Assembly (NCBI RefSeq): GCF_009834535.1
Contig: NC_045697.1
Location: 32,428,001 to 32,492,000 of the forward strand
DNA: 64,000 nt
Reading direction: 5' to 3'
Origin: Camelus ferus
Lineage: Eukaryota
The notes under the pieces were generated by a model that was not told where the DNA came from, searched no databases, and worked only from the letters and a program-made list of their open reading frames with translations. The translations under genes and the position numbers were made by a program. Positions 25,410-38,720 of the stretch are shown here, in pieces. Every line of letters starts with the position of its first letter. The stretch's first letter is position 1.

Positions 25410-26900
25410 TGGTCTGGTAAGGCAGAGATGCATTGTGCACTTCACTGGGGGCACATGTGCCAGACTCTTCTCTTTTAGTGATATTAGCAGCTACAGATGG
25501 TCATTGCCTTGACTCAATTCAGTCAAGCACCTTGATTCAGGTGCTACAAAATCAGTATTCTTTTTTTTTTTAATCAACCAAAGTCCATAATTTACATTAG
25601 GGTTTACTCTTAGTGTACATCCTATGGGTTTTGACAAATGCATAATAATGTAGCCACCACTATAGTATCATACAGAATAATTTCATTGCCCTAAAAATCC
25701 CTTGTGCTCCGTCTGTTCATTTCTCCCTCCCTCCCCTCTCCCCAGATCCCTGGAAACCATGATCTTTTTATTGTTTCTGTAGCTGTGCCTTTTCCAGAAT
25801 TTCACTTGGTTGGAATCATACAGTTTGTAGCCTTTTCAGACTGGCTTCTTTCATTTAGTAATATGTCTTTTAAGTATAAATAATGTTACTGTTAATAGCA
25901 GGTGTATGTATCTTTTTGAATTAATTCTTATTTTGTGGTTGGCTTTATTCCTTTGATAACTATGTAAGTTTAAAAAGCTAAAGCTCTAAACATTAATATA
26001 AACACTGAATAGTACATATATGTAAATTAAAAAATATATGTGCAGTAAAAAAAATCTATCAAGCCATGAAAAACATGGAAGAAACTTAAGAAACTCAATA
26101 ATAGTATTCTAATTATGTCATTCCTTCTTCATTTATTAGTTAGATGACTTTTATAAACAAAAACTTGTCCTTATCAAATTTTGATTACCCTTAGGTACAC
26201 TTTCTAGAGGAAAGACAGTATAAATATTTTGTCTTTTCCCCTTCATTTTCCAGTTTTCATGATGATGACTTGGTTCCTTGACATCTTTTAAATTTGACCA
26301 CTGAGTTTTGTTTTGTTTTATTTCGTGTTGTTTTAAATATCATCATGAACTGACGGAATTAAGTATATTTAATGTGTTGTAATTCATTGCATTTATTATC
26401 TTACTGGTACTCAAACGGTTGGTTCTCTCTGGCCCATGGGAGCCTGTTAAATGGATCCTAGTAGTCTTTAACAGCTTCCTTAATTTCTGATATGACAAGA
26501 TATGCCAGACTAATTTTGTACATATCTTGATCCAAATCAGAAATTTGACATTTCTCCATGGAAATCTGGTTTCTTTTAGTGAGACATTGTACTTAGTGAT
26601 GAAATTCTGGACACCAGATATGCTCATTGCTACTGAGTGGTCATTGTTTCCAGGCATTTTCAGTACACACACATGATTTCTGTGTGTGTGTGTGTGTGTA
26701 TGTATATATCATGAATTTGTAGTCGTATTTCTAATTTAGATTTAGCACAATATGATTTTTTATTTAACTGTACTAATCTTAAAACTATATCTCCTTTCTC
26801 CTTAGGAAAAGAAAAAAAAACCCCTGTGTTTTCAATGTCACCAACGTAATTTCTCATTTGCTTTATCCCATCCCACACCAGCAGCAGTGTCAGAGTACAG
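25410..26900 (-). mobile_element. Old L1 3'UTR (L1MC/L1MD-like) hosting a nested L1MC1-like insert
   Basis: 'ttttagtgatattagcagc...gatggtcattgcct' resumes at 26103 'agtattctaattatgtcattccttcttcatttattag' and continues 'gacatttctccatggaaatctggtttcttttagtg...tgctcattgctactgagtggtcattgtttccaggc'. Confidence 0.65.
25562..26102 (-). mobile_element. L1MC1-like 3' fragment with probable 5' inversion
   Basis: 25570-25865 is homologous to this window's L1 at about 54640-54923; 26056-26089 is the reverse complement of the adjacent segment 54927-54961. Confidence 0.65.
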
Positions 26901-26989
26901 TACCAGCACTATGCACAGAGTGCTAGAAAAAAAATTCTAGAATAGACTAAGCTCTCACTTAGCATCCAGATTTAACGATAAAATTCCTA

Positions 26990-27510
26990 GAGAATCATAC
27001 AAAAGAAAGAGGTGTTAAACAGTATTCAAGAATATAACCAGTAAAATTCACAGTGTAGGAAACCTCATGGGACAAATGACGTGAGTTTTTCAACCACAAA
27101 GACAAAAAATGTAAGGAAAAATAAGGTGAAAATATACATTAAAAGAGGATTAAGAGATATTTTAGTAGTTCGTATGGACTTTATTTTGGAATTCAATTAA
27201 AACAAATGGTTACAAAAGACAGTCGTGGACTACCTTTCTGATGATACTAAGGGATTATTTTAAATAATTTTAGGTGTAATGAATTTTAATGATTTAATGG
27301 TTTTAGGTGTGATAATGTTATTGTACTTGTTATACATGTTGAATACTTACCGATGAGATTATATGTCTGAGATTTATTTCAGAATAAATGAAGCAAGATT
27401 AGCCCTGAATTGACAAATGCTGTTGATGGTTGTTGGATATATGATGGTTGTTATACACTTTCTCGTGTTTTATATTTCTTTGAAATTATCTATATACAAT
27501 GTTAAAAATT
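26990..27510 (+). mobile_element. Ancient L1 3'UTR (L1MC4/L1ME-like)
   Basis: 'taaaagaggattaagagatat...atgatactaagggattatt...ttttaggtgtgataatg...tatatgatggttgttatac'. Confidence 0.6.
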
Positions 27511-29449
27511 CAAGTAGTTTTTATGAATGGAATTTGCTTTTTAGGACAGAATTGTCTTAGAATATATGTATAGTGTAATTTTCTCTAAAGATTCTGAAAA
27601 TGTATATTCAACAGAGTTACTGGCTTTTAAAACCTAAGAATTTGGCTTAAAGTATCTTTCACATGCAGGAACTAGTATATTTTAGTTTCTGGATATTATA
27701 GTGTAAAAGTATTGTTTGGGTTGCTTATTAGTTTATAAAACAAAAAGGAAAAATTGATCAGAATATGGAAATGAGAATAAAGGTAAAGTCCAAAATAATG
27801 TTCATAGACTTTTTCCCTCTTTGGTCATGGTTGCTACTCCCACAAGTGAAAAAAAAAAAAAATGTGTGCTGTGAAATTCTTATGTCTTGTCCAAATTCTA
27901 GAAGCCATAATGAGACTTTGAAGTTGCAGCAAGGCAGACCCACTCAGTTCTGGTAGCCATACTCAAAAAGGATGACCGAGAAGTTAAGTGAAAACATACA
28001 TATGGAAGGGGGAGAACATAGCCCACAGCCATGTAATTTAGTACCCCCCCCCCCCGTGATTTCCAAAGCGCCTGATCTTGTTGGTTGGATGTTGTAGCAA
28101 AAATGTTTAAGTAGATGGAATACTAGTGTTTGAGAGGCTGGGAAGATCATAGTTTGAAAGGATTTTGTCAAACATCACGAAGTAGAAGCTAGTAGAAGGG
28201 GGGAAATATCTGTAAATGGGTAACTGAAAGCAATTTTTTCTCTCTGTTCCTCCAGATCATACACAGTTTCTTTTAATGGTAGTTACAGATAGTTTACTGC
28301 TTAAAATAAGATTGTTCATATTTTGAAATTTTACCTGTCACCAAACAAAAGTGGGAGAAGCAGGTAGTCAGAAATTGTCAAGTATGTGGTCTGAGCTCTA
28401 AGCTCCACAGCTGTAGGAAACTATTTGATTTTACACAGCATTATATCCTCAACATCTAGTCCAGATTATGGGCTATGGCAGTAAATTCTGTGGCCTAACT
28501 GATTGTGTGCATACTGTATAGGATGAGACTGGAAGCAAAGTGAAGGAAACAAACAAAAAACAAATAGATACAAGCATTAATCGCCTGATCAGCCCCCTTT
28601 TAAATGCTTGTTAATATTCTCAGAATGGTTTACTACCTTGTGATCTTGATTCCAAAATTCTTTTTTTCCCTGACTTTCCCTTCCATTGCAGAACACCCAA
28701 AGAGTGAGACACTTCTTGAATCACATTTACTCAGCTTATCAATATCCAAGAAGTTCCTACTTGCAGATTTAGTCTAGTCATTTTCTCACCCACTCATCCT
28801 GTCAAAATACTTTTTTTTCTATTTAGAACCTGACTTTGAAACTTCTGTAATTATGCAGTAATATAAAACTATACAGTTGCTCAAAGATAATTTTTTTTCT
28901 CTTCTTGGATAGAAGTCAAGTGAGAAAGTGAATTCAGAATAATCATATTTAATATTTTGGACAAGTGGCAATACAAATATGGGAAGACTTCATATGCAAA
29001 GTAAATCAAGAAATGTTGGGAGGTAGCTTAATCACTTATAATAGCACATCTAGAAACTTCAGTGAGGTTTCACCACTGGAAGTAAAGCTCTATAAGGCAG
29101 ACAGAGACCATACATATGTAATTAGAAAATATTTTCTATTTTTTTTGAAAAATACATTGTAATGTAAAAACTTTAACAAAAAACAGTAAATTCCAGAGGC
29201 TGAAGTTACACTTGTTGCAGTGACGTCTGTTGAATGAGGAGAGTTTCATAGTTAATATTGATGCTATATTTGTATATTAATTATTCATTCAACAAATATT
29301 TACTGGGTATATATTATGCAGCAGGTAGTTTTCCAGATGCTGGAGGGTGAACAAGGAAAACAAGATTTTTGCTTTGATATTGATGTGACTCTAATTTTGG
29401 AATGTGGGGCATGTCATCTAATCCTGTTAATATATCTATGTGTGGGATT

Positions 29450-30500
29450 TCGTTTGGCAAGCTAATATTTTTGATGTCCTGTTTATGAAAGAGAAAACTC
29501 TACATTGTCAAGATCAAGGTGTCGATTCTTCTGAAGTTCATCTGTGTTGTAGTCTCAGTGAATATTGTTATGAGATCAGCAGAAGTTTTAAATTTTTTTA
29601 AAAGAATGGAGAAGTGTGGCAATTATATATAGCAATATATAATAGAGCTGTAGAAATTTATACTGTGGAATATTGGTACAGGAGTGAACAAGTAGCTTAA
29701 TAGAATAGAAAGTCCAGAAATAGGTATATTTATATGTGTATGTGTATATGTATGTGTGTGTGTATAGTTTCACATTTTATTCATACTTTAAAATGTATTC
29801 ATTGACCTCAACTAGGTAATGTATATATAAAAACCAATGAAAAACACCAAAACCAACAGAAAAAAAAAAAAACCAATTCAGTAAATGTCAAGAAGGCTAT
29901 CATTACAATATAAAGATATCATTATAATATAAAATTAGATTCTTACCTCTTACCATATAAAACTAAAATCTAAATTTAAATCTTAAAAGTAAGGAAGTAA
30001 ACAACAGAAGATAATTAGGGAAATGCAGATTAAGGTGATTATACCCTTAATCTTAGGAAAAATTAAAGAGTTAATAAAAGCAATTACTTGTGGACTACGG
30101 GAAAGGGCTACTCACACATTAAAGAGGGACTATAAACTGAATCAGGCATTTTAGAAGGCAATTTGGCATATTATTTGAAGCAAAAGTTATACTGACCTCA
30201 CACAGGAAATTTCCCTTGTAAATATATATCTTTGACAAACAAAACAGAGGGGGAAAATCTATGCAGGGACATTTTTATTGTAACATTAATTGCAGTAGCA
30301 GAACATTGGATAGGACCATCAAGTCCATTTGTAGCAAACGGCTGAACGATACCTCTATCCCTACAATGGGATTCTACAAAGCACCTGAAAGAACTAGGCT
30401 TATAGGCATTAATGTAGCTATTTCTTTAATATGTATTTTGAGGTTTTTTTTTTAAAAGCAAACTTGAAAATACTAATTACAAGATAATATGATTTAAATT
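29450..30500 (+). mobile_element. Ancient, fragmented L1 ORF2 end (L1ME-like)
   Basis: 'aatagaatagaaagtccagaaatag', 'gaaatgcagattaa', 'cattttagaaggcaatttggca'. Confidence 0.55.
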
Positions 30501-30816
30501 AAAAATGAGCATAGAAAGCACAGTATGTTGATAATGGTTTGGTAAGCCAAGACATGAAACATCCATTTCTGTGGCCCTCCAATCAATGGATTATCACTTC
30601 TAAGACTCTTCATGGAAAACCGCATTTCAAACTTTGGGGACAGTTCGACTTCTCCAGGAGTAACCCATCAAAAGCATCTTGGAGTGCTTCAGAAAACTGT
30701 ATTTACTTGCTCCCTTGTATTCTTGATTTTCATATGTGTCTGGATATTTGGTTTCTGATTTACAGGAAATTGAGGTAAAAGCAATCTAAACCTAGAGTCA
30801 TTTTTTCTAATTTTTG

Positions 30817-31175
30817 TGTCTGTCTTCTTTGGGGGCTGATAGAATAAAATACCATAGACTGGATACCTTACAAACAAGAATGTATTTCTCACAGTTCTGG
30901 AGGCAGGGAATTCTGAGATCAATGCACTGGCAGTTATGGTGTCTGGTGAGAGCTGGCTTCATGGTGTGTAGACAGACCTCCATCGTCTTGCTGTGTCTTC
31001 GCATGGTAGACGGGGAAAGTGAGCTCTCTTAGATCTCTTTTAGAAGAACACTAATCCTATTCATGAGAACCTCAATCTCATGACGTAATCACCTCTCCTC
31101 CTCCAAACAGGATCACCTTGGGGATTAGGTTTCAACATATGAATTTTGAGGGAATACAACCTTTAGTCTACGATA
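30817..31175 (-). mobile_element. MaLR solo LTR (MLT1A-like)
   Basis: 'aaaataccatagactgga...tatttctcacagttctggaggc...ttgggattaggtttcaacatatgaattttgagggaataca'. Confidence 0.85.
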
Positions 31176-31759
31176 ATATCTGGTCTACCTCAAATTTATT
31201 TTAAAATGGTATAAGAGGTATGGAGAAGTGGACACCAAAATCATAACAATGGTCCCCTCTGGGAAGGCAGGTGAGTGGAAGAGGGGCTGTAAAATCAAAG
31301 TGATAGTGGAAGAAAAGGTCTTTAATTTCCTATATTTTGCTGTATTTTAACTTTGCTATATATTGACTTTTTTGGAAATAATTAGGAAGTTGTGAAGATA
31401 GTACAGGGAGGTCCCAAGTTTGCTCTACCACTTTTTCCCAATAGGTATGTGATATTTTATGCTAACTCTAGAATCATATCTAACCTAGGAATACGATATT
31501 GGTAAAATGTGTCTCTCTAGTCCTATGTCATTTTATTACATGTATAATTTGTATAACTACCACTATGTTTTGCATTATTTTTAAAAATTAGACCACATGT
31601 ACTTATTACTTGAATAATTAATTTTAAAAAGATGATAAAATCACTGTAATCTCATAATTCATTCAGTTATTCAACAGACATTAATAGCTGCATAACTTCA
31701 GTTATTTGAACATATCATAACTAGTTTAACCAATTCTCTATTCTTAAACATTGACAATT

Positions 31760-32220
31760 TATTATTCTCTTTGCTTTGGTCCAGTCAGATTTCTTGCTAC
31801 TCCTCTAATAAATTCTTTCTCCTTTTAGGGCCTTTGCATCTGCTGTTCCCTCTGACTTTTCCTTAGTCCTCTAGGTGTTCACATCATTCAGATCTTCTCA
31901 GAAGTCACTTCCTGAGGAAAGCCTTTCCTAGCCACCCTGCTTATCATATCATGCCCAGTTGTGCTATCTACTCACTCAGCAAAGCCTGGCCAATTCTAAT
32001 ATATCTTGTGTCCTTTTCTTGTAATTATCTCCTTACTTTTTCATTTTTTATTCAGTGCATGTAATTTCTACATGTGGTTCTAATATGTATTTTTTCTCTT
32101 ATTATGTTTTCCCTTTTATTTAGATTGTATGTTCTGTAAGGACAGGGTCCTTGGTCTCTTCTATTCATTAACTGTCTGTCACAGAGAAAGCACATAGAAA
32201 TATTTAAGTAAATGAATAGC
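31760..32220 (+). mobile_element. L2 3' fragment
   Basis: 'agggcctttgcatctgctgttccctctg...gtcacttcctgaggaaagcctttcctagccaccc...tagattgtatgttctgtaaggacaggg'. Confidence 0.65.
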
Positions 32221-32900
32221 CTTGCTTTGGGCATAGTGGTATGTAAGTCTTTATATAAAAGAAAGAAGCCTGTGTAAAAGTAGAGATTCACCAAGAGCCA
32301 TAAGTGAATTAATAGTAGAAAAGACTCTGGGTGGCAAGGAAGAATAGGAAACAATTAGATCAAGGTCATAAAGGAGAGTCGTTTTTGAATGATGAAAGAA
32401 GGAAGGTAACAATACTGGTTTACTCTAAGGAGTGTAGGAGTCAGATGATTTGGTGAAGGTGGGGCAAAATATGTTTAGTTACAAGTTTGAGAAAAGGGGA
32501 GAGATGTTTGCAACAGCCCATGTGTCTCTTGTGATATATCATCAGCAATGGTCCAGAAGCTTGATTAACCAGCTTTCTTGGCCTTTTTTTAAGCCCATTT
32601 GGCTATTTTCCAGTTTATTGGCAGTAAGGTAATGACCATGAGTTATTGGAATACAGAATGGATGAGTTTTGTTGGAAGGGACAGTCAGAAGATACCTGCA
32701 GCCAGACCCAGTCTAGAAGTCATGAAATTTCCTTCCCACTAGTTCTTGGATCCTTTCATCCCACTGGTACTGGATTAAAGGAACTTTAAGACAAGTACTA
32801 CTGTCAAGGGCAGAAATATAAAATGTACCAGTTGGTGGGCACTCATATTTTGGTTATGTGGCATGAATCCATTTGAACCACAGCAATCTAAGCACCTGAT

Positions 32901-34370
32901 TGAGGTGGATTTGCCACAGTGCTTATGAAGCTTAAGTTACAGGACCCTTCATTTTTACTAAGGTTTTCCAAGGACCCAGGAAGGGCTCTAGGAAGAATCC
33001 TAGAAATGTGGTTACATGATAATTTGTTATTATAAAATCTGTTAAAGTAGTGTATTTTAACCATTGTGGGTTAAGATTTTTGTCTCCACTTTAACTTTTT
33101 CTCTGTCATACCTCTGTTGGGTGGTCATGGCATTTTTGATGCTAAGGAAAATCGAGTTGGGGTACATGTGGTTGGATTTAGTGGGATATTTTTAGGTAGT
33201 TTGCAGTCACCTCTGTGTATTAATTTACTGTTAGCCATTCTGACATAGTAACGGCTTCCAAGAATACTCCAAGTGCTCACTTTTATATCCTTCCTAGTGA
33301 AGTGACTGGAGGCAAAGGAACAAAGGTCCTATTGTGATGTAAACATATTTTATGGCACCTGGCACCAAAAGATGTGTGTAGTGGCAAGATACACATATGA
33401 GATTTATGAAGTCAGAAGCCACTGTGTCAAAATTTTTTCCAGTCATTAGATGTGCAACATTATAAGCATGGGATTTGGTTCTTATTGCTACCTAAGCAAA
33501 ACAGATGTTCCTTCCTGTCTGGAGTACATATAAGGTTAACATGCACAGAACACAGTTATGAATGAATTTTCTTTTTTGATCAGAATCTAAAGAAATAAAC
33601 TGATCAGAATTCTTGGGTTCATAAGGCAAAAACACATAACAGTACTATAAACAAATAATATGCTTATACATAACATTGCCTGTTTCATGAGTCAGAGATC
33701 ACAGCATTGGGTCACCGTTTGGAATAACTGACACACCTGGTAATCGCAGGCCAACATTTTTATTGACACGGAGAAACAGCCAGAAAAAAATAAATGTTTC
33801 AGTGACAATATTTCATGTATTAAGTCAATGAAGGTAGTATACAAGTAATTTGATTACACGTTTATGTAGCTCAATACATAATGGCAGCAATTTAAAATTG
33901 GATCAGAATTGCCCTTGTGTGTGCCTTAAATTCAGGATAACTTTGTATATATTTTAAGAATGATTGATTATACCAAAAATGTTCTAGTGCGTGCCAAAAA
34001 CATGTATCTTTCTCCTGCCCCCCAAAAAAGATAAATGCAGAATTCAAACTGCCAAAGAAATCTCTATTTTAACATAAAAACTAAAAACCCATGATGGTCA
34101 AAAACTATAAAATAAGGAAAAGAATCACAACTGCTAAGAAAATGCAGATATTTAAAAAGACCACAGAATTGATATAGAATTTATTAGATAAAATATTTGC
34201 AAAGTCATTTCTATTTTAAAATAATAAAGGAGTCGTGTTTATTATGTTTTCAAGTGAATGAGATTTACTCTCTTCATAGATGAAGAAACAAATAACTTCA
34301 AGTAATGGAAACTATATGTTAATGATTGAAGCTGATCAATATTTTGCACAAACACTTTTTAAAAAAACTC
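32901..34370. mobile_element. hAT-Tip100 DNA transposon remnant (Arthur1/MER69-like)
   Basis: Start 'gaggtggatttgccacagtgcttatgaagcttaagttacaggacccttca' resembles the Arthur1 terminus as I recall it; internal extent uncertain. Confidence 0.5.
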
Positions 34371-34539
34371 CAAAGTAGAGATAAAATGTGATTCATTTAT
34401 CCCAAAATGTTTATGAGAATTAAACAAAATAGTTGGAAAGCATGTACAAAATGAAGTGATAAATCTAACAGGTACAGGAGACACTAAACACCACTCTGTT
34501 ATTGTAGTTTCTATGTTGGACATGACAAACACTAATTAG

Positions 34540-35110
34540 CTGATAATTATTGTGCACTATTATAATGTGAAACCCTCTGAGCAGTTTTGAACTTTCTTGC
34601 CAACTCTGCTATCACCCAGAAATTCCATATGAGGTATTTACCCATGAAAATCCCAAACATATATCCACAGAAGCACTTATCAATAACGTCCATAGCGGTT
34701 TTATTGAAAATAGGGCTAAAACTGGATACAACCTAAATTCTTTTCAACCAGAAAAATATATTAATTAAATGTGGCATATTTAAATAATGAAATTGTACTT
34801 ACACATGCAGTGACACAGATGCAACTTATAAATAATAAGCTAGATACAAACAATACCAATTGTATGATTCCATTTATATGAAATTTTTTAACAGGTAAAC
34901 CTGGTGTAAGAAATTAGAATAGTAGTTTATGCAAGTGGAACAGAGATTGACTGGGAACAGCCTGGGGCAGGAACCTCATGGGTAATGGAAATATGTTTTT
35001 TCTTGTTGTCTGTGTGGGGTATATGGATGCATGCACTTGTAAAATGCATTGAAATATTACATTTAAGATGTGTGCATTTCACTGTTGTAAATTATGCCTC
35101 TTTGAAAAAT
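34540..35110 (+). mobile_element. Ancient L1 3' fragment (L1ME-like)
   Basis: 'acccagaaattccat...ctaaaactggatacaacctaaat...tgtatgattccatttatatgaaat...catttaagatgtgtgcatttcactg'. Confidence 0.7.
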
Positions 35111-37839
35111 ATTGCTCATTCTATAGATCAGTAATTTTCTGATTTTTGTTTTTATTTTAATAAATCATTCTGAAATTAAAATCTTCACAGTCTCTGATGA
35201 TCAAATGGTTTTGGTGCAGTTAAATTTCGTTGGCATTGTCTAAAGTGCTTCATAGGAAAAGTTTAATCTTGAGAGTATATGCAGTTTTGCTCTATAGTGT
35301 TTGTTCTGTTTTCTGACTTGTTGAAACATTCACAACATGTTTACTTATTTAGTTGTCCATTAGGATAATGCAATGTTCCACTTTGAGGAATGATTTTATA
35401 CTGCTCTAGACCTGGCAATTATCACAATTCTAAACAAACATGCTCTGTTGGCTTAATCCCCAATTCTAATGCGGTGCTAGACTAGAAATGATTATATGGT
35501 GTGTAAGCTTAATACTCTTTCCATCGTTTCATGACACTTGGGCTTCACGCATTCATTTGGAGACAGATTTCTGATGTCAAATGTATTTTTAGTATTCCCA
35601 AGCAGCCAGTTGCTTAAAGGACCGGCAAAAGGAAGCTATTCTGACAATTTGGCTGAACTCATGGAAATTTCAGCCTGGCCCAGATGGTGAGACTCAGCTG
35701 TTGTGTGAAACAGGTAAAGGCACCATTTGAAATGCTTCTGGCAGTTTTCCTGAGCCTTGACAACAACAGGTGTTCCAGATTTCCTTTTTCTAAAATGTTC
35801 TCCAAAATTGTAAATTATATGGCATTGTTTGTTTTGAAAACAAAGGAACCTTTTCTCACCAGAGTGATAAGCGATTGTGATTACTTTAATCAATATTGTC
35901 AGATCTCTACTCTAAACTCTATATAATTGAGGCAGGGTGCAATTTGATTTATTTTTTCACTAAGATATGGCTATGCAGGGAATATGGAAAATATAATTCA
36001 TTACTATGATGGAACTGTCAATAGGAATGGACCCCTGGCATGCAATGAGATGGCAAGAGAGAGGCGGTTATGGACTGTCTCCACAAAGTCCTTTGGTCAG
36101 GCTCAGAGGGGTTGTTGTGTATGTGTGCTGACATCCCAGCCAAGCATTGACCTATGTCAATTTTGCACAATTGGATTGTATTTGTCATTTTAATCACCAA
36201 AATTACCAGCACCATCCCAGTTATCTGAGCCATTAAAGTGACTGAATTAGATTGACTACTCTGGATCTGATTGCTCACTCAGAAATTGATCAAAGAGACA
36301 GTCCAGGCTACTAGGACAGCAAACCATGATAACATGATGTTAAACAGCTGTGAATTGGGAGTTCTTCCCAAGAGACTAGAGTTTTTGCTCAGAAAAGAGT
36401 CATGGGAATTTTTAAATGCCTCATGGAAATGAACAAAGTAAGGATTTGCCAGTCTATGGAATCATTGCTTAATGCAACAAACTAGCTAAATACTTGAATA
36501 AAAATACAAATAATCTATTCTCAGTCCTTTTATTTTTAATTTTATCCTTTATTAGACTCACTATTTTGTGGATTTCAAATAAAACTTCAAGAAAATAGTT
36601 CTTAGACTACTAGATAATTTTTACTTTTGATCTCAAGGAAGCCAGGGAGGGAAAAGGGCAATTAGTAAAATATAATCCAGCAGATGGAGTGACTTAAAAG
36701 GAAGCTTTGGGTGAAGTATTTCTTCAGGTTTGGAGGATGTACTAACAATCTTTGTTTCCTGTTGATTTCTCTCAAATTGCCATTTTCCCCATGTTCTCAC
36801 ATACCTCATCGCTGCTGGCTTGCTGTGTATGTCCTCTAAATTACCCAGGTATATATATTGTTTCTCTTTCTGGAAGAATCCATCTGCCATCGTTGTCTGC
36901 AAGTTGTGTCTGCCAGCACAGTTGTTACTCGCCTTTCATCCTCTTCGCCGTGGCTGTCCTTCCTGCACGTGGATGTGAGTGCTTTGCTGCTGTGCTTGTA
37001 TCTTTAGGGACAGACAGCGTCCCTCTGGTGTTGAATCGTGTGCATCTCGTCCTGCCTGTTCATTACTGCAACAAACAATTATTGAGCCTTTCTGTAGTCT
37101 GTAAGTTAGAGCCATATATAACATTCCCTTCACTCAGTGGCCGTTATTAATTTTTCTTCTAAATAGGAAGCAGGTGACCTTTTCTAGGAGTACTTAGTTA
37201 CAGCTCAGACCAAGTTTTCATTTCAGACTGTAGCTCACAGCCAGCTGTAGTTCATCTTAGTTACTGATGCTGGAAGACTACATGCAGCTTTTGGAGTTTA
37301 AGAGGTTCTGACATATGTCATTCCTTGTCTCCTCTTGAGTATTGAGGCAGTTAAAAATATATAAAGTGGCATAGGGCAAATATGGACCAAAATAGAACAT
37401 TTTTTTTTTTCAACAGACAAAGTAGATATTGAGATGTGGCTTACGTCTGCAGCTCAGTGGGTGTACATAGATTTTCCTACTTAGTTCAAGGGCAGAGGCA
37501 ATCTTTGTCAAATGTGTGGCAAGGGAGATCCAGCAGAGCAGTGCTTCTTGTGGGGAGAGAAAGGGGCAGGGATACACATTCCCAGTTTATCAGATTAGCT
37601 TGCTCCTTGTTCCTTGCTGACAGTTTGGTGAAGGGACTGGGGATGAGGCCAGGCAGCTTATAGGAACTTGAAGTAAACTTGAAGAATAGAGAAGAAACAC
37701 TTCTTTCTCCAACAGAATTTACTACAACCACTTTTCCTCTAAACATCAGCAGGAGAGCAGGCGCTTCCACTGAACTTACATATATTTTCCTTCCTAGAGG
37801 CTAGTCTCCTCTGCTTCCCTTTAGAGTTAGACATTAATT

Positions 37840-38720
37840 CCATAAATTCACTCTCCGGAAGTGGTATTTAAGACAAGATATAAATGATGCAAAGGAGCCA
37901 GGATTGTGAGCCAGAATTAGAGCTATCTAAGTAGGTGAAGCAGAAAGTGCAAAGGTTCATTAAAAGGAGATTGATGTGGTTAGAGTTAAGAGAGTAGAGT
38001 CGGGCAGGGGCCATCTCATCAGTCTTACACATTGAAGTCAGAGTTGGATTTTGTTCAACTTAGAACGGGAAGCCGTGGAAAGCTCATAAACAGGGAAACA
38101 CCATATTTAAGGATAAATTTGCTGTGCTACAAATGGACTAAAGAGAGGACAGTGGGCGTAGTGACTGTTGTAGGAGTCTAGGTAAGCGGAGGGGTGGCTT
38201 GAACTTAGGGTGGTATCAGAAGGGAAGAAGTGATGGGTTAGGGATATATTTTAAAAGTGGAACAGATTAGAAAATGGATTGGATATAGGGTATTGGAGAA
38301 AAAGAGGATTCAGAAATATACCCCGGGTTTTTGATTAAAAGACTGAGTGGACAGTGGAGTTATTTACTGAGATAAGAAAGATTTATGGAGGAATGGGTGA
38401 TTTACTGTTCTTTCTGTCTGTCGGTCTGTCTTTCTGTCTTTCTGCCTGTCTTTTTCTTTTTCTTTCTTCCTTTCATTTTTTTTTTCTTTCTTTCCTTTTT
38501 TTTCCCAGAAAACCTATAACACTCTCTTCTTTCCTCAGGTTCACTTTGAAATATCAAATATTCAAATAGAGATTGGATTGGCAATTTGTTGTATAAGTCT
38601 GGAACTTAGGAAAGAGTTAGAGTAAGAGATGCAAATTGGAGAGTCATCAGTATGCTGATTATATTTAAGGTCATGCAATTGAACTAGATTTCAGAGGTGA
38701 GAGCACAGGTCAGAAGCCTG
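37840..38720 (-). mobile_element. L2 fragment
   Basis: 'gtgatgggttagggatatattttaaaagtggaac', 'ggagttatttactgagataagaaaga', 'aattggagagtcatcagtat'. Confidence 0.6.

Noticed and set aside
28692..28703. 12-nt microexon after a strong polypyrimidine tract
   Set aside because: The donor (AGA|gtgaga) is modest and nothing else supports it; expected by chance.
35593..35713. Possible + strand exon (acceptor at 35592, donors at 35686 or 35713)
   Set aside because: Short polypyrimidine tract, lengths of 94 or 121 nt do not preserve frame, and the peptides are unrecognised.
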